NCBI RefSeq assembly: GCF_001194135.2
Contig: NC_068983.1
Location: 77,139,571 to 77,203,570 of the forward strand
DNA from: Octopus bimaculoides
Lineage: Eukaryota
Direction of reading: 5' to 3'
DNA: 64,000 bases
Every line of letters starts with the position of its first letter. Within the stretch, counting starts at the first letter, position 1. The position numbers and the translations under genes are program-made. The notes beneath the pieces are model-generated. The model did not search any database. It had not been told where the DNA came from and was given only the letters and a program-made list of their open reading frames with translations. This document shows, one piece after another, positions 26,330-40,025 of the stretch.

Positions 26330-26830
26330 AGAATGTGTCTAAGAGTGATAAATACAGATGTCGTAAAGTAGGAACAATGACAGATATCCTTTCCACCTGT
26401 TCACTGGTGTTGTACGGATATGCCAGGAGACGCAATCTGGCTCTTTTTGAATGCTGTAAAAAAACAAACAAAATACAACTAGAGATTTCATTACTTCCTG
26501 CATCCAGGAGAGCAGATCTGATTGAAGAACCTTGTGAACGAGTAAAAGTGGAACGGATATTGATAGGTGGATGTAGATTTACCATTTGCAAAAGTTTCTT
26601 CCCCGTTCTAGTTAATTAAGAACTAGATATTATCATATGGTGTGATAAAAAGGAAATAGCAAGTCTGGTCGAGAAAACGGTTTCTCATGAGGATAACATG
26701 AACGCCGCTCGGACTTGAAAGATGGATCATTATAATCAGCTCCTCGAGTAATGTGAAGATGTGAAGGTGCAGGTTGGAAAACAGAGCATTATTCAATTGA
26801 AGTGGCATGCAGAGGATTCATTAGAAACGG
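26330..26830 (+). mobile_element. Degraded AP-endonuclease (RTE-like LINE) remnant
   Basis: DFITSCIQESR (QE motif, ~26480-26515), DHYNQL..DVKVQVG (~26725-26775). Frameshifted. Confidence 0.35.
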
Positions 26831-26929
26831 TAGGAGGTGATGGATGTTGTCGTTAGGCCTAACGCATCGTAAAACAAGTACTAACTAGATTGATATCCAG
26901 TGTAGAAGGCAAACCACAGGATTTGGTTG

Positions 26930-29400
26930 AAAAAAAAAAGACTATCAGCAATAAATACACCTAAACACCATATCAACACATTAGTATACTTAATTAGATT
27001 TAAGTAAATAATATAATACATCAACATTTTTTTCAATTTTGACCTCCTTATTTTACCTTCGTTCTCTCTACTATTTCCAGTCACACTGGAAACCACTAGA
27101 TAGTACCATGTTTATGTATATCCATCAAATAATCATGTATAATCACCTCTATATAATTCATTGTAAAACAGTTCCTAATGTAACCTTGAAATTTACTTAT
27201 TGATATAACTGAATTAATTCATAAGATTACATTGAAAATTCTGTCTCTGATAACGATGTGGCCACAATAATACTGTGTCTCTTACTAAATAATAGATACA
27301 CACTTATTGATTGAAATATATCTGATTAATTGATTAGATTTGGTTACGGATATGTCACTGAGAAATGTAAGTTTTATTCTGACCGGTTACCTTTTGTATC
27401 TGTTGTCGAAGAACTCTCATTATTTATCCTACTCTCATTCAGAAATCTGAGCAATTCTACTTAAAGCAAAATCCGGACACTTGACAACATTTTCTTTGCA
27501 TCAATTCAAGTACTGATTGTAGCTTTCTGAATAGAATTGCTGTATAAGAGATAGAGAAAAGCGAAGATAGAAAAAAGAAAATGATATAGATTTCTTTAGT
27601 AATTGTTCACTTTATGTTCCCAACATATATTTAGAATATTGAATGATCTCTCGTTATCAATGAAAATGTTCTGTAAAGGAAAGTTTTAATATTGTTAATA
27701 TTACAATGTAGGTTTCCTACCACAAGCTAAGAGAAAAAAACCCCAGAAAACATCTTTAATGAATAAGTAAATTTATAAATAATTTCTCTTTGTTTTTATT
27801 TTATTTTCCTGCCCATTGCTATAGTTTAACAAAACTAATGGGCTATCAAAAATCATGCTCAACTGAAGAGAAAAATGTTTACTCGTAATAAATTTGTATC
27901 ACATAAATATATTTATTTGATCAATATATTCATCCATAAACATTATTATTTCCTCGATACTCCTGAAAAACACAGGATATATTGTTTATACAATTAAGGT
28001 TTTGGCACTCTTCGTAGAGAAAGTCATAACCTGAATCCACATGCTATTATTTTTTCCCCGTTAGAAATGTTGTAGCATTTCACATATATATGGAAATCGA
28101 TGCTATATAATTAATTATACATAGTCACCAACAGAGAACGAAACAAAGATTAAGTGCCCTTTAGTAAGCTGAACAAGAATGTATTATTGTATTGCTTTGT
28201 AATTACAGGCAGTAGAATACTGAAACATTGGTTTTGAAAAGATGCCAGAATATGATTCAGTTACTTATCAAATAGTACAATTACTCGTTTATTATGAAAG
28301 ACTAGAGGTTCTTAGGGTCCCTGAGGTTACATCTGTAACGTGTTCAGTCAGTTATCTCAATATACCTTACTTTTCAGAAATAAGCTCACATTATATTATG
28401 AAATTGACGCGTTCGTGTATAATAACGACTATCTGGTTTTTATTTGTCTACTTGATATATATAAAATACTTTGGGTGAATGATTCAACGATGGGTAACTT
28501 AAGAAACGCAATTAGAAATAACTTCCCACATGCATATATAACATCAGTTATTTCTTCTATAATATTAAAGCGTATTTAAACCTTATATGACGAGTTACAC
28601 CTTGACACAATTTGATTATTATTTCCAGTTCTAAACAATTGAAGTAAATATTAGGTTCACGGTAAAATTATTTAACATTTCTTCTATTATGAATTGCATT
28701 TATTGAAATATTTCATACAAAAGTAAATCCCCAACTAGTATATTCACTAAATTTACAAATGATATTGGATCTAACCTACAACAAACAGTATGCGTATCTG
28801 TATCAATGGATCATTCAACTTCTCTCTCGTTACAGTGCTCAACACAAAACGATATACTCCTCAGCGTTCCCACCTACGCGGATTCTATGTTAATTCAGCT
28901 CAGCCGAATATTTGAATGTCTATTAGATTTTATGTTAGCTACACTGGTAACAAACTTTTTTTAATCCTTACCCTTCAAAAACAGCAAGAGGATGGCTGAA
29001 CCTAGATATACCACGTCGAATCATTCCACAAAAATTTAGATCGGGTGTCCTATACTCGTATATATGCAATGCAAATGATGGGGGAAAACAAAGAGTAGAA
29101 CGCCTGAAAAATGTCATCCACGACCACAATTTTGGCGGAGTCCAAACGGTAGCTCAAATCATGTAATTCACAATCAAACTTGCAAATAATGCCTTTGTGC
29201 ATTACACAGTGACAATATCAGCAAAAATATCATGTCTAGTATGCAAATCTATCAAATTATAAACCGTACGTGCTTTAATTATTTCCTATCTCCAGGATTG
29301 GCAGATTCTTGAAAAATAGATTTTGCGGCATGTGAGGAATACCCCGCTCTCAATACCTTCTACTGGTCCTCATAGTTCAGTTCTGTGCTTCTCTGTATTT
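26930..29400 (-). pseudogene. Decayed Ig(C2)-Ig-FN3-FN3(-FN3) receptor fragment
   Basis: VFLTCRK (29322-29342), VWTPPKL (29126-29147), LHCIYTSIGHP (29042-29074), GVYRF (~28865), KPDSRYY (28419-28439), GP*EP (~28320), NLIKYTNVLIW (26968-27000). Confidence 0.55.
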
Positions 29401-29821
29401 CTTGCACCCCCATCCAAACACGAAAATCAACCACTACACTCCTTCTAAACATGAATAGTTGCTCAAAGTGTTGAACCTCACTATCGCTGTGAAACTCATC
29501 TGGCAATAACAACCCTTAATACAGTTGGGTCGCGTTTAATCATTTTCAGTGCAACCACTATGAAGTTTTCCTCACAACTATTTCGAAACATCCTGTCAAA
29601 CTACAATAATGGATTCACCTAACATGATCGTTACACGTAATTTTAATTATGTGTTTCTATACTTATCAATATAAATTATGTGTCTCTATACTTATTAATA
29701 TAATATTTCGCCAATTAAACTAATATTTTTATTCATCTATGAATATCGCCGCTTTTAAATATACTGTAGCATCAAGGTCAGTATTTCCTAATTTTAATTT
29801 TACATACGAGTTGATATCTAT

Positions 29822-29853
<32 letters not shown>

Positions 29854-30043
29854 ACATAGAATTTGCATTAGAACCAGCTCCAATGACGTATCTATTCTGA
29901 GGAAGCGTTTTAAAAGGAATACATGTATTGAGTATGTGACATCAACAATGCATATATATCTATATTTGTGCGTGTGCGTGTACGTTTGTCAATGTGTGCG
30001 CGCGTATGCACGTATATCTGTAATACTACAATCAATATTTATA

Positions 30044-30263
30044 GCTCGTAAGGCGGTGAGGTGGCAGAACCGTTAGCACGGCGGGCGAAATGAATAGTGG
30101 TATTCCGTCTGTCTTTAAGTTTTGAGTTCAAATTTCGCCGAGGTCGAATTTGCCGTTCATCTTTTCGAGGTCAATAAATTAAGTACCAGTTCCGTACTGT
30201 AGTAGATCTAATCGACTGGCCCCCACCCCCAAAATTTTAGGCCTTGTGCCTAATGTAGAAAAG
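30044..30263 (+). mobile_element. SINE family B (tRNA head, Deu/Nin-type core) with 10-bp TSD
   Basis: AAGGCGGTGAGGTGGCAGAAC head, GAGTTCAAAT box, GCCGTTCATCTTTTCGAGGTCAATAAATTAAGTACCAG core. AATATTTATA direct repeat at 30034-30043 and 30264-30273. Confidence 0.85.
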
Positions 30264-30595
30264 AATATTTATACTTTGTTCATTAAATTTATTTTATGCA
30301 TATTGTTTCTATCGCTGGTTTTAAAATCATTGTAATTGTGGTAGTTATAAGATTTTTCGAAATTCAAATTTAAGAATGTTAATTGTACTGAAAATAGTTT
30401 TCATTATTTTATATTAGTTAATGGATACATTTGTGTGTCATGTGTTAAAGATTGTTTTAGGATTTTGTGATTGCATATTTATGACAGCAAACACTGGTTT
30501 TAATACAATAATTAAGGTATATTACCAATCTGTATAAAGTTAGTTACATTTTATTTTATTGTTCAAGGTACTGGTCCACATTTGAAAACGCCTGT

Positions 30596-32300
30596 CAATA
30601 TCTATACCCGGAAAGCGGGGAGATGGCAAAATGTTTACCGCACCGGAAAAGGTTAGCGGTATTTCGACCGTCTTTAATATCCTTTAAGTCGAACGATACT
30701 AGCAGGGCTTTCTCATAGACTGTTTTGCGGAGGGGGTTAAGCATGTCTGGATCGTCTCTTATGTAGCTTTTGATATGCTTCAGGAAAAATTTCAGAAGTG
30801 TGTCTAAGAAGTTGCTGAGGCGGTGAGTTTCGCATGCTGGGCCTGCTATTATCGGTCTGAGTTTAAGATCATTCGGTGAGGGGATTTTGATTATTATGTC
30901 AGTATTTTTTGGCATGTTTCACTAATTATTTTGCTTTTGTGAACATTAGGGATACCGTAGAATACTCTTGATTTGCACTTGAAGTTGGTGATGTAATCGT
31001 ACACCTTGTCTGTGAGTCCTCGGTATGATTTGAGTAATGTCCTGAAGTTATTCATTATTTCTGTTTGATTATAATGTTGGGCCATTTCGTAGTATGCCTC
31101 ATCTCCTAATAGGGATAGTACTAAATTTTTATAATCATTTGTGTTCATTAATACTACCGCGTCGCCCTTGTCTGCCTCTTTGATTCTTGTGATTTTATCT
31201 TGTTTTAGTTTGATGAGGTCGTTCCATTCTCTTTTGTTGAAGTTTGGTCTGTATTTTTGCTTATTTGTGAGTTGAAAAGGGAAATTAGTTATGTGATCAC
31301 AAATGTGGTGGAAGTCTTTATACTTTCCCTTGGTAGGGGTGTAGTCGCCGTTGTTTCTTGCAATTGATTCGTCATCTATGTGTTTGCCATGAAATTCCTC
31401 GGCAAGTCTAAATTTCCTACAAAATTCCGCAATATCATCTTTCATTTCATAGTAATTTGGACGTTATGGGGTTGGGGTAAATATAAGTCCGTTGCATAGT
31501 AGGATTATTTCGTTAAGTGCAAGGTCTTTATTTGAGAGATTGATTATTTTAATTACATGTGGTTTCTTTTGTTTGTCTGTTGCCATCGCGTATCCCTATT
31601 CCTGTGTATTAGATCTAAGAAATGATTGGTGTGGTTATGTTCGAAAACACTGTTTATCTGTCTCACGTTGTTGTAACTTTTAAAGTGGGTTTGTGGTGCT
31701 CTGTTTTGTAGAGTGGTTTTGAACTTCGTGTTCCGTCTTAGTATATCAGGTATATTGTGTTGGTAGTCGATTCTTCTGTAGTGTGTTTGGAGTTTTAAGG
31801 TTGTATGGTTGGTTCCTAGAGTAGAAGTTCGGTAGTGGAGTCTTAGTTGGGTTGTGTAGATTGTTGTTCATAGAATTGTGTGTTTCATCCCTACGGTTCT
31901 TGAAATGGTGTGGCGGGCCCCTGTTGGCGTTTTGGAGTTGGTTTAGGTAGTGTGGGTGCGTTTAAAATGTATTTCTGTGATAGTGAGTGTATTAAGATTT
32001 CTTGGTGGTTGTTCCGTTCTGTTGGCATGTGGTTTTGTTTTACTTAATTGTATGAAGGGGTTGTTGGACATGTGTTCAGTTTTTAAGTTAGTTTCATAAT
32101 CCAAGAACCTGTTGGCGCTCTTTTCCTATCGTTGGAAGGACTTTAGTTCCTCTTTTTCACATTCTTCTTTCCATTGTTTAAGAAATGTTTCAGTATTGAT
32201 GCTGTCTGTTAGTTTGTTGACTTCTTCGTTGCTATGAGAAAATACACCTGTTTACGTGTGCTTTCCACCCTGCTGGAACGGTCAGTTGACGCTTGAAGAC
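30596..32300 (-). mobile_element. Penelope-like element (N-terminal region plus first half of RT), truncated
   Basis: NLSNKDLALNEIILLCNGLIFTP, EADKGDAVVLM, FYGIPNVHK, LRPIIAGPACETHRLSNFLD, LVSFD motifs. Stops and frameshifts; the RT breaks off after LVSFD. Confidence 0.85.
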
Positions 32301-33009
32301 CGACCTGTCAAACATCCTTACGAATGAAACAACATGAAAATTCATGAACTGATTTTGGCGGACCATCAGCGAAAAATTGACGCACATGCTAATATTACTG
32401 GTGTGTCCTGGAGCTCCTGCTAAAGGATTTTGAGCGAGGAATTGCGAATGAATTGAGTTACAGCAAGATACATCGTTTCTAGCTGGCTATGCGACAAAGA
32501 CGTTCTGTGTCCTTATGTTACCGAACAGGAGAGATTAGGACTTCTACTCAGTAAAACTCAGCATCCACGGACTAGTTTCAGGTTTATTACTCTTCATAGG
32601 CGTGGAGTAGCGTAGCTTTGCTAGATGTCGCTGCTAATCTGCTGTCCAAAACTAATAGGATTCGAAGTGAAAGACATTCATTGCAGAACGATCATACTAA
32701 ATTACAACTACAAGATGAATTATTTTCCATCGAAATAACCGGGACATGCAGATGGTTTGTCAAAGTTAATACCAAAATTCAGTGAACCACTAGAAAACAC
32801 AGTGATAATGGCGTTAAAAGCCGAAAATGCAAATATATATATAGTGCAATGTTGTGCATGAATTGCCTGTGACATTGGAGGAAATAAAAATTAATGCACA
32901 GACGTAGAGTTTATCACAAAAAGAAACAAATAAAGAAGAAACAAATAAAGCAGGTGTATGGCTGGATGTAACGCAGTTTCGAATTTGTATTCGATATTTG
33001 ATAATGTGC

Positions 33010-33365
33010 TTATGTATGCGCGGAGGGTCATAATGCCTACCTTCACTACAAGGACAAATGTTAAAGGAATTCCACACTGAACATCCAGGAATTTCTTGGA
33101 TGAAGTTGCTTATGAGGAGTTATATTTACTGGCCAAAATTTGATCTCGATATTGAGAAGTTGGTACAATCCTGCAGAGGTTGTGCTCTTGCGGAGAAATC
33201 ACCACCTGTAAAATGTCAACCGTCACCCAAGTCTGATATTCCATGGTCCAGACAGCACATAGATTTCGCATAACCGTTAAAACGATGATATTATCTAATA
33301 GTGGTAGATAGCTTTTCAAAATGGCCAGAAATGTGTAAATGTAGAACACCGGACATCCAAAATAA
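33010..33365 (+). mobile_element. Gypsy-type LTR retrotransposon integrase fragment
   Basis: LKEFHTEHPGISWMKLLMRSYIYWPKFDLDIEKLVQSCRGC (HHCC zinc finger) followed by PWSRQHIDFA. Confidence 0.85.
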
Positions 33366-33775
33366 CAATCCTATTTTTAGCTTCATCGATAATATGCATT
33401 TCTTCTAAAAACTATTTACATACTGTAAGCGCATTACCCTAATTAATTACTTAATATAACGAATATTCATATCGACTATACGCAATGACCATATATCCAT
33501 TGTTGCTGCACCTTGAAATTTAAAATCGATAAAATCCTGACATTAACTTCACATTAAACAAAATAGCTGTCATAACACTGAAATAATTTTGCAATGCATA
33601 GTGTCATATATATCATTTATACAGAACTCACAAAGGCACTACAATATGTCATTTTTTAAATAAGTGAAAAACATGACGCTAGTCTACTGACTCTAGTTAT
33701 TTTTTATATCTAATAATTAAGCCGTGTTAATTTGAATATACAAACACACACACACACATGTATATACATGTGTAC

Positions 33776-33806
<31 letters not shown>

Positions 33807-34051
33807 TAGTGTATATAGTGTAATATTTCGTGATGGTAAGATCAACAGCAGAAGTACTACATTTGGTGAGAGATAAATATTATTCAATAAACACAGTATA
33901 TATTTTTGTGAGCTCTTATTAGTTTTACCCGATGAAATCGACTCAGACAGCATTTTTGTTACATGTCCACTCTTTCTGTATAAACAGGACGATAGAGCGA
34001 GAGAGAAAACCAGAAACGGTGAGAAAGTAGTAGATCTAAACTTTTTCCCGT

Positions 34052-34333
34052 GGGCATGTGGTGTAGTGGTTAAGAGTGCGGGATACTAACCCCAGTATTC
34101 TGGGTTCGATTCTAAGTAGTGACCTGAACAATAATAATAATAGTAATAATAATAATAACAACATCGAAGAATACCTTAGGTATGAGAACCCAGGTTCGAA
34201 ATTTCCCCAAGACACCTGAAGAAGGCTGGAGGGTATATCAGCCGAAACGTTGTGTTAGCAACAAACAAGATGAGGATAAATATCCGTTGAATGTAAATAA
34301 TGTACATAATTCCTCATCTCTTAAATATAGAAC
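34052..34333 (+). mobile_element. SINE-like element: tRNA-derived head + (AAT)n + hammerhead-ribozyme-bearing 3' part
   Basis: A box TGGTGTAGTGG, B box GGTTCGATTC, (AAT)n at ~34130-34160. The 3' part is homologous to 52894-53040 (minus). Confidence 0.8.
34211..34256 (+). ncRNA. Minimal type I hammerhead ribozyme (Penelope-type, palindromic helix III)
   Basis: GACAC-CUGAAGA-A-GGCUG(gagggtatat)CAGCC-GAA-ACGU-U-GUGUU. Core CUGANGA/GAAA intact, helix I GACAC:GUGUU, helix II 5 bp, self-complementary ACGU. Confidence 0.7.
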
Positions 34334-37300
34334 AGAGATATTACATCTTATATGTATACATCATTCATTGTGATGTATATTTTTTTCTATATTGAGGGAG
34401 TGCGTTATCTAAGACGATCCCACCATTTTTAACAGGAATATTAGTTCAGTCTTATAGATGATATAGATGTGTTACTGGATATATAAAGTAATTGTTTGTT
34501 TCTTTTACGTAGTTTTCTTATTGATGTCGGGGACCTCCCTCGGAAGACGCCCTTTAGTAATCACATTTGAGGACACTTCATGCCATAACTGAAGATTTGG
34601 ATTAAGATATTTTGGCTGCAAGCTGACGAAAATGAGATTGATACAAGTTAGGGAATATGGGAGGTGGAATTATCTTTGTAGTACATTATAGAAAATCTTT
34701 AACTTATTCTAGGTGAGCTAGATGAGTCACTTATAGGACATTTACTTTCTGGTATAGGAGATTTTGTAGGTGTTGGCAAATAAGTATCTGTTGTGATTTG
34801 CGACGAGTATGAAGGAAACAACGCTATATACACTAGGCATAATGATGTGGTTGAACGAACTTCTTCATATCATGATACGGTGATTAGTTTTGAGAATTCA
34901 AAAGTAGAATGCAAGTGTAGCGTGAATTTGCATTGATATGTCAATAGTTTTCTGGTAGTACAGTCAGAAATATAAATAACCACTGAAGATCGCGATGAAC
35001 TGTAATTTGATATAATTTATATGGAAAATATATATATAATTTATATGGAAAAGAATATTATTAAAAGATAGATTAAGCATATTAATTGTAAGTATAGTGA
35101 TCAAATACCTTTTGGGGATGCAATAATATCTTGTATAATACTTTTCATCTTCAAACGTACGTAACTCTCTAGAGATGGCAAATTTAACTAGCAAAACATG
35201 GATGGCTGGAAACTAAGTTATACAGTTAGAGGTTTTAAGTTTAATTTTTGTGAAGATGTGTAGCCATGCTGAGATAATTTTGATGCATTTTAAAACAAAT
35301 GAAATTAGCTGACTAATCTACATCAGAAAATCTCTAAATACGAATAGTGAATAATTGTGTACCTATTCATTTGAACATCTACAATTTTATCGTATATGAG
35401 ATAATATGTCATGTTTACAATAGTATTTACATGTATTATTCTACTTTTTGTGTTTTGTGTGTTCCAACTTGAACAGCTAAAAAACCTTATTTTCCCATAT
35501 GAAAGGAAAATTGTGAAATTAGTTAACAGTAGTGCATTCTTCTGGTGTACTTTATTTACGCACAAGTGGATATGATTTTGAGTATGACTTGATTACTTAT
35601 TACCTCTGTATTAATTTGGATGCCGTCAGCGACGTGATTGGGAGAATATATGTATTAAAAAACAACACACTGAATTAGTAAAGAAAATCGAATTTGTAAA
35701 TTACATTGATAGACATACACTCGGAAAAGCAACCAATTATCGGAGTTATAAGAGCCTAGGATTCATTAATTCATGGCGAATATTGCTACCTCACTCTGTT
35801 CGGAGTTAAATTCCATCTAATGCAATTTATTGCATTTATACTCCCGCCAGAAATCGACTATGGTCAATCTCATATATTATCATACACATCATTTCTCAAA
35901 TGCTCATAATAGGATGTATTACAAAATTTATCAACTATAAATAAGATATTGTGGCTTGATATATCATGATGTACACGCTGGTCCAAAGGTGTACTCATAC
36001 TTTGCAAAGAAGCAATATTGAGCTGTTTTTCAGCCTAAGCATACATGTCTGAATGAATATTCCATTCCAGGTAGATTTCAAGAATAAAATATATCCCTGA
36101 TTGTCATGAACAACCAGCAAACTGATTATTGTGAATTGTTACCAACGACAAAAGTGGAAGTCGACAATTCTCTATAACATTGCAGCTCAGTATTGCAAAA
36201 TATTTTGCCGAAATTAGAACAACTAATATATTATGCCATATAGTAAACTGGTCTATACTAAATCGAAGCAGGGTGATGACAAATTCGTTTTCGCTTCGGA
36301 AAATTGTCTTGCATTAATTATTCATTCTGGTTCTTTATATTTATATGCTTAGATCAAATCCTACCGAGTTCGATATAATACTTTCGACAGGTAAAATTAA
36401 AATATTAGTCAACTACCGAGGTCGTTCGAGGGAATTAAGTAATCCTCTCCGCTTTTTTTTATATATGACCTTTTGCTTAACACAGTAAATCAAACCTGTT
36501 ACTTTTCCGCAATATTACAGAAATATTTAATGACTTACTCAAGGGTAAACAAATTGAATATTATAACAAAGTTGAAAATAATTCTTCTGCTTAATCCCAT
36601 TTTCATTAGGTGGATAAGAATTAATTTACAAAAATTTCTTCGGTTGTATTAATTAATATTCCCGTTAACGTTCTTACATCTATTGTTGATTGTTACTTTC
36701 TGAATAAAAAAGAAATTAGGAAATTTAAATCCATATTTTTAATTATCTAATTGCAAAGAATATCTCCTGGCATTTTGGAAAGAAAACATTCTCTCAGAAT
36801 ATAATAAGTTAATCAAATAAATATTTTGTCATGGATGTATTAGTTTCTTTTTAATGTTGAGAAGGTTCATTTATGAGAAAAATACAGTTTCAGAAAGTTC
36901 AAGAATTTAAATGAAATAGTAAATTGATTTATTAAAGCGTCAGTTTTGGGATTGATGGTTATGAAGTTGCATCATGACGTAGGTGTTATGATATTTTGCT
37001 TTAGCAAATGCGCCTTATTATCGTTCTCTTCGTTGAATGCAAATCATAAAATGAAACAAACATGAGATAATCGTCCATCTGCCAAAATTTGAAATTCGCA
37101 AATTATACTTTATCAACTGTGTCACGACGACTTGCATTATTTTAAAGTCGAAGTTGTTGTTTACGTTTCCTCTTGCGCACGACATGAAAACTCGTTAGAT
37201 ATTAAATGAATGAATATGTTGGTGAATTTAGAATACGAACAATCTTTATAATATAAGTAGAGTGAAAAGTGAGTGCCATCTAAAGATTATAAGTATCATA

Positions 37301-38104
37301 TATATATCGGCTTTAAACCATATATATCGATTTTTAAAAATCACACGCCATCTAAAACTGTTTGACTTTCTTTGCATACATATTTATCGTCTAACCTAAA
37401 GGTTTGGGTTTGTAAGTACAATTTTGTGTTGATATATTGTCATTTCCTGCGCATCGAAATCTTTCAATTAAAATTGCCTCCGTAGTTTATTGAGAAACGC
37501 TTTTATATTTACGAGGTAGCACACATCGAAATAATGACCGGGCCAAACAAAGCCCGTTACCGAGGTGCAAAATAACATGCTAAATGTTTCTAAAACATCG
37601 ACTAGCCTGTAGAAGCAAAGTATATGTTATTGTGATGATGTTTCTGTAAATACTGTCTTCTTGAAACCAAGGTGGTGGAACTAGTGTTCGTTAATCATGT
37701 GGAGAAGATCATCTCATCTCGACATTTTGAGCTTGTATTTTATCCAAATCGCTTTCTGTTTCTCGTATTTCTTGACGTAATTCACATGTAATCATTATTG
37801 TATAAGACTCAGAAATTCGATTAATGTATATTATACTGTAGATGCAACAGAGTAAAAATCTTTCATTGCAATCATTTAACGTCGCCAATTGTGAGTGTCC
37901 GATAATTTACAACTCCTTTTTTATAATGTTTTAATGATGTGGCAGACAACCTACAATGTTAAACCTTTATCAATGGTGTATACCCACTCAGGTGTTTTCA
38001 TTCACTGGGCGCATTTAGATTTAGAGAAAAAGATTACTACGTTTCGGTGTGAGCCTCATCAAGATAAAATGTATCCATTACAGATACTGACACGTGTAAC
38101 TATA

Positions 38105-38311
<207 letters not shown>

Positions 38312-38815
38312 CACGAGGTCTGATCGATAAGTATCCGTACTTTTGCCATAGTAATGACGTTAAAACACGCAGAGAAAATCCGCTTGGCACAGAGTGACTT
38401 TGAACATTCTTGTGTATATGCACTAAGTTTTAACGTTCTACCTCACTTCTGTTGTTTACAGCACTGCTTGGAATGAAGGAGCGTGATCGTCGCATTGACC
38501 ATGACAGAGATAGTTGCCATAGCGATGCCTGCTCAGAATCCTACGTAAAGTTGCACAATGTCTATGGAGCGGGGTGTATGACCTGCACACAAGTGTACAC
38601 GTGGTTCAAGCATTTCCATGATTGCCGAAAATATGTCCATATTCACGAACGTTCTGGGAGAGCCGCAACCAGAAGAACAAGAACACATCGCAGATGTGCG
38701 TGCAGATGTGAGGGAAAATCGTCGAATCACCATCCGTGCGTTATCAGAGTATGTATAGATTAATTACGGTTGAATTCAGTCCATTATCACTGACGATTTG
38801 CGTATGAGACGCTTC
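38312..38815 (+). mobile_element. Mariner (Tc1/mariner) 5' fragment
   Basis: TA then TIR-like CACGAGGTCTGATCGATAAGTATCCG. Transposase N-terminus ESYVKLHNVYGAGCMTCTQVYTWFKHF..ERSGR..NYG*IQSIITDDLRMRR. Confidence 0.85.
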
Positions 38816-39800
38816 ATATGAGATGTTTCGTCTCTTTCTGTACTGAATTGAAATCCCATATCGGTATACTTAGGTTGCATATTTAATATCTTACTAACAC
38901 CTCCGCTTGATACATTGTGTACCTTTAGTAAAGATCTCTCTGCTGCAAACATTTGACCCTGTTAACCGACTTTCGGACACCTTCACTTCATTCAAGCAAT
39001 CATAGAGGCCCCATGCTACCTGGATTTATTCTTCATAAGCCAACTGGTAAAAGAGACCCATCGCTTTTCTTACTGTATGAATCGTACTCTGCTCGGTTGT
39101 TATAAGTAAAGTTGATTAAATTGGAAAAGAATCGATGTTGATAGATCACAAAATGCCAAGCAGATATTGAGAGGAGATGGAGTTAATTATTGCAATTGTA
39201 AATATATTTGTGTCTTATATAAGACACATAGCTTTGAGAGGAGGAGGTCATCGATAATATCAAACAACAGTGCTTAAGCTTTCGTTTATTTTATTGCTCC
39301 TGAAAGAATGGAAAAAAAATATAATAATTCGGGGATTTTAAGCTTTGAATGTAAAAAGTCGCAAGACATAACAGAAGCCACTTTGCTTGTCGTTCTAACG
39401 AATCTGTCAGTGTTCTGCACTCAGTCATAAATAATAACAATATAATTGTGCTGTTTGTGAAGACGAATGTGACGGTGATGATGACAACGACGGTGATGAC
39501 TAAAATACCTACGACGAAAATGATTATGATGAAGATATAATCTAATGAGTTTGCCATATGACTGAGGAAACCCACACTACTGGGTAGTTCGTGAAGACAA
39601 TGATAACGATAACAAGGAAGCAGAAGGAGGTTGATGATTATTAGATTTAAGAGAATGTGAGTGGTAGTTATGAGGATATGATTAAAAATTACAATGATGA
39701 TTAACAAGAGGTAATATTACGAAGGATTGTTGGATATTCGTAATCTTTAGTAGTTGATTCTTTAAAGTAATTATTATGGTCATCATATTACTAAAAGTTT

Positions 39801-40025
39801 ATTAATAAGGTGGTGGGCTCGTAGAATCGTTAGCACGCTGGACGAAGTGTTTCGCGGTATTTCGCCCTCCGCTATGTTCTCAGTTTAAATTCCATCGAGG
39901 TCGACTTTGCCTTTCATCCTTTTGGTGTCGATAAATTGAGTACCAGTGATTCACTGCAGCTGATATAATAGACTAACTACCTACCCCACCAAATTTCTAT
40001 GATAGAAATACCTATAATAGAAATG
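39801..40025 (+). mobile_element. SINE family B with TSD
   Basis: GTCGACTTTGCCTTTCATCCTTTTGGTGTCGATAAATTGAGTACCAG core. ATATTACTAAA(A/G)GTTT repeated at ~39785-39800 and 40026-40041. Confidence 0.85.

Noticed and set aside
26235-26619. Overlapping 118-aa and 94-aa ORFs as host gene exons
   Set aside because: Better explained as a degraded LINE AP-endonuclease remnant, with no consistent exon frame.
32255-32335. Possible hammerhead at the 5' end of the Penelope remnant (TTGAAGA...GAAAC)
   Set aside because: No helix II pairing and core mismatch.
34052-34125. tRNA gene
   Set aside because: Has A and B boxes but no acceptor-stem closure, and runs into (AAT)n. It is a SINE head.
38031-38062. 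Hammerhead-like TTGATGAGG..CCGAAACGTA on the minus strand
   Set aside because: C3 is replaced, helix II is only 2 bp, and there is no convincing helix I. Likely chance.
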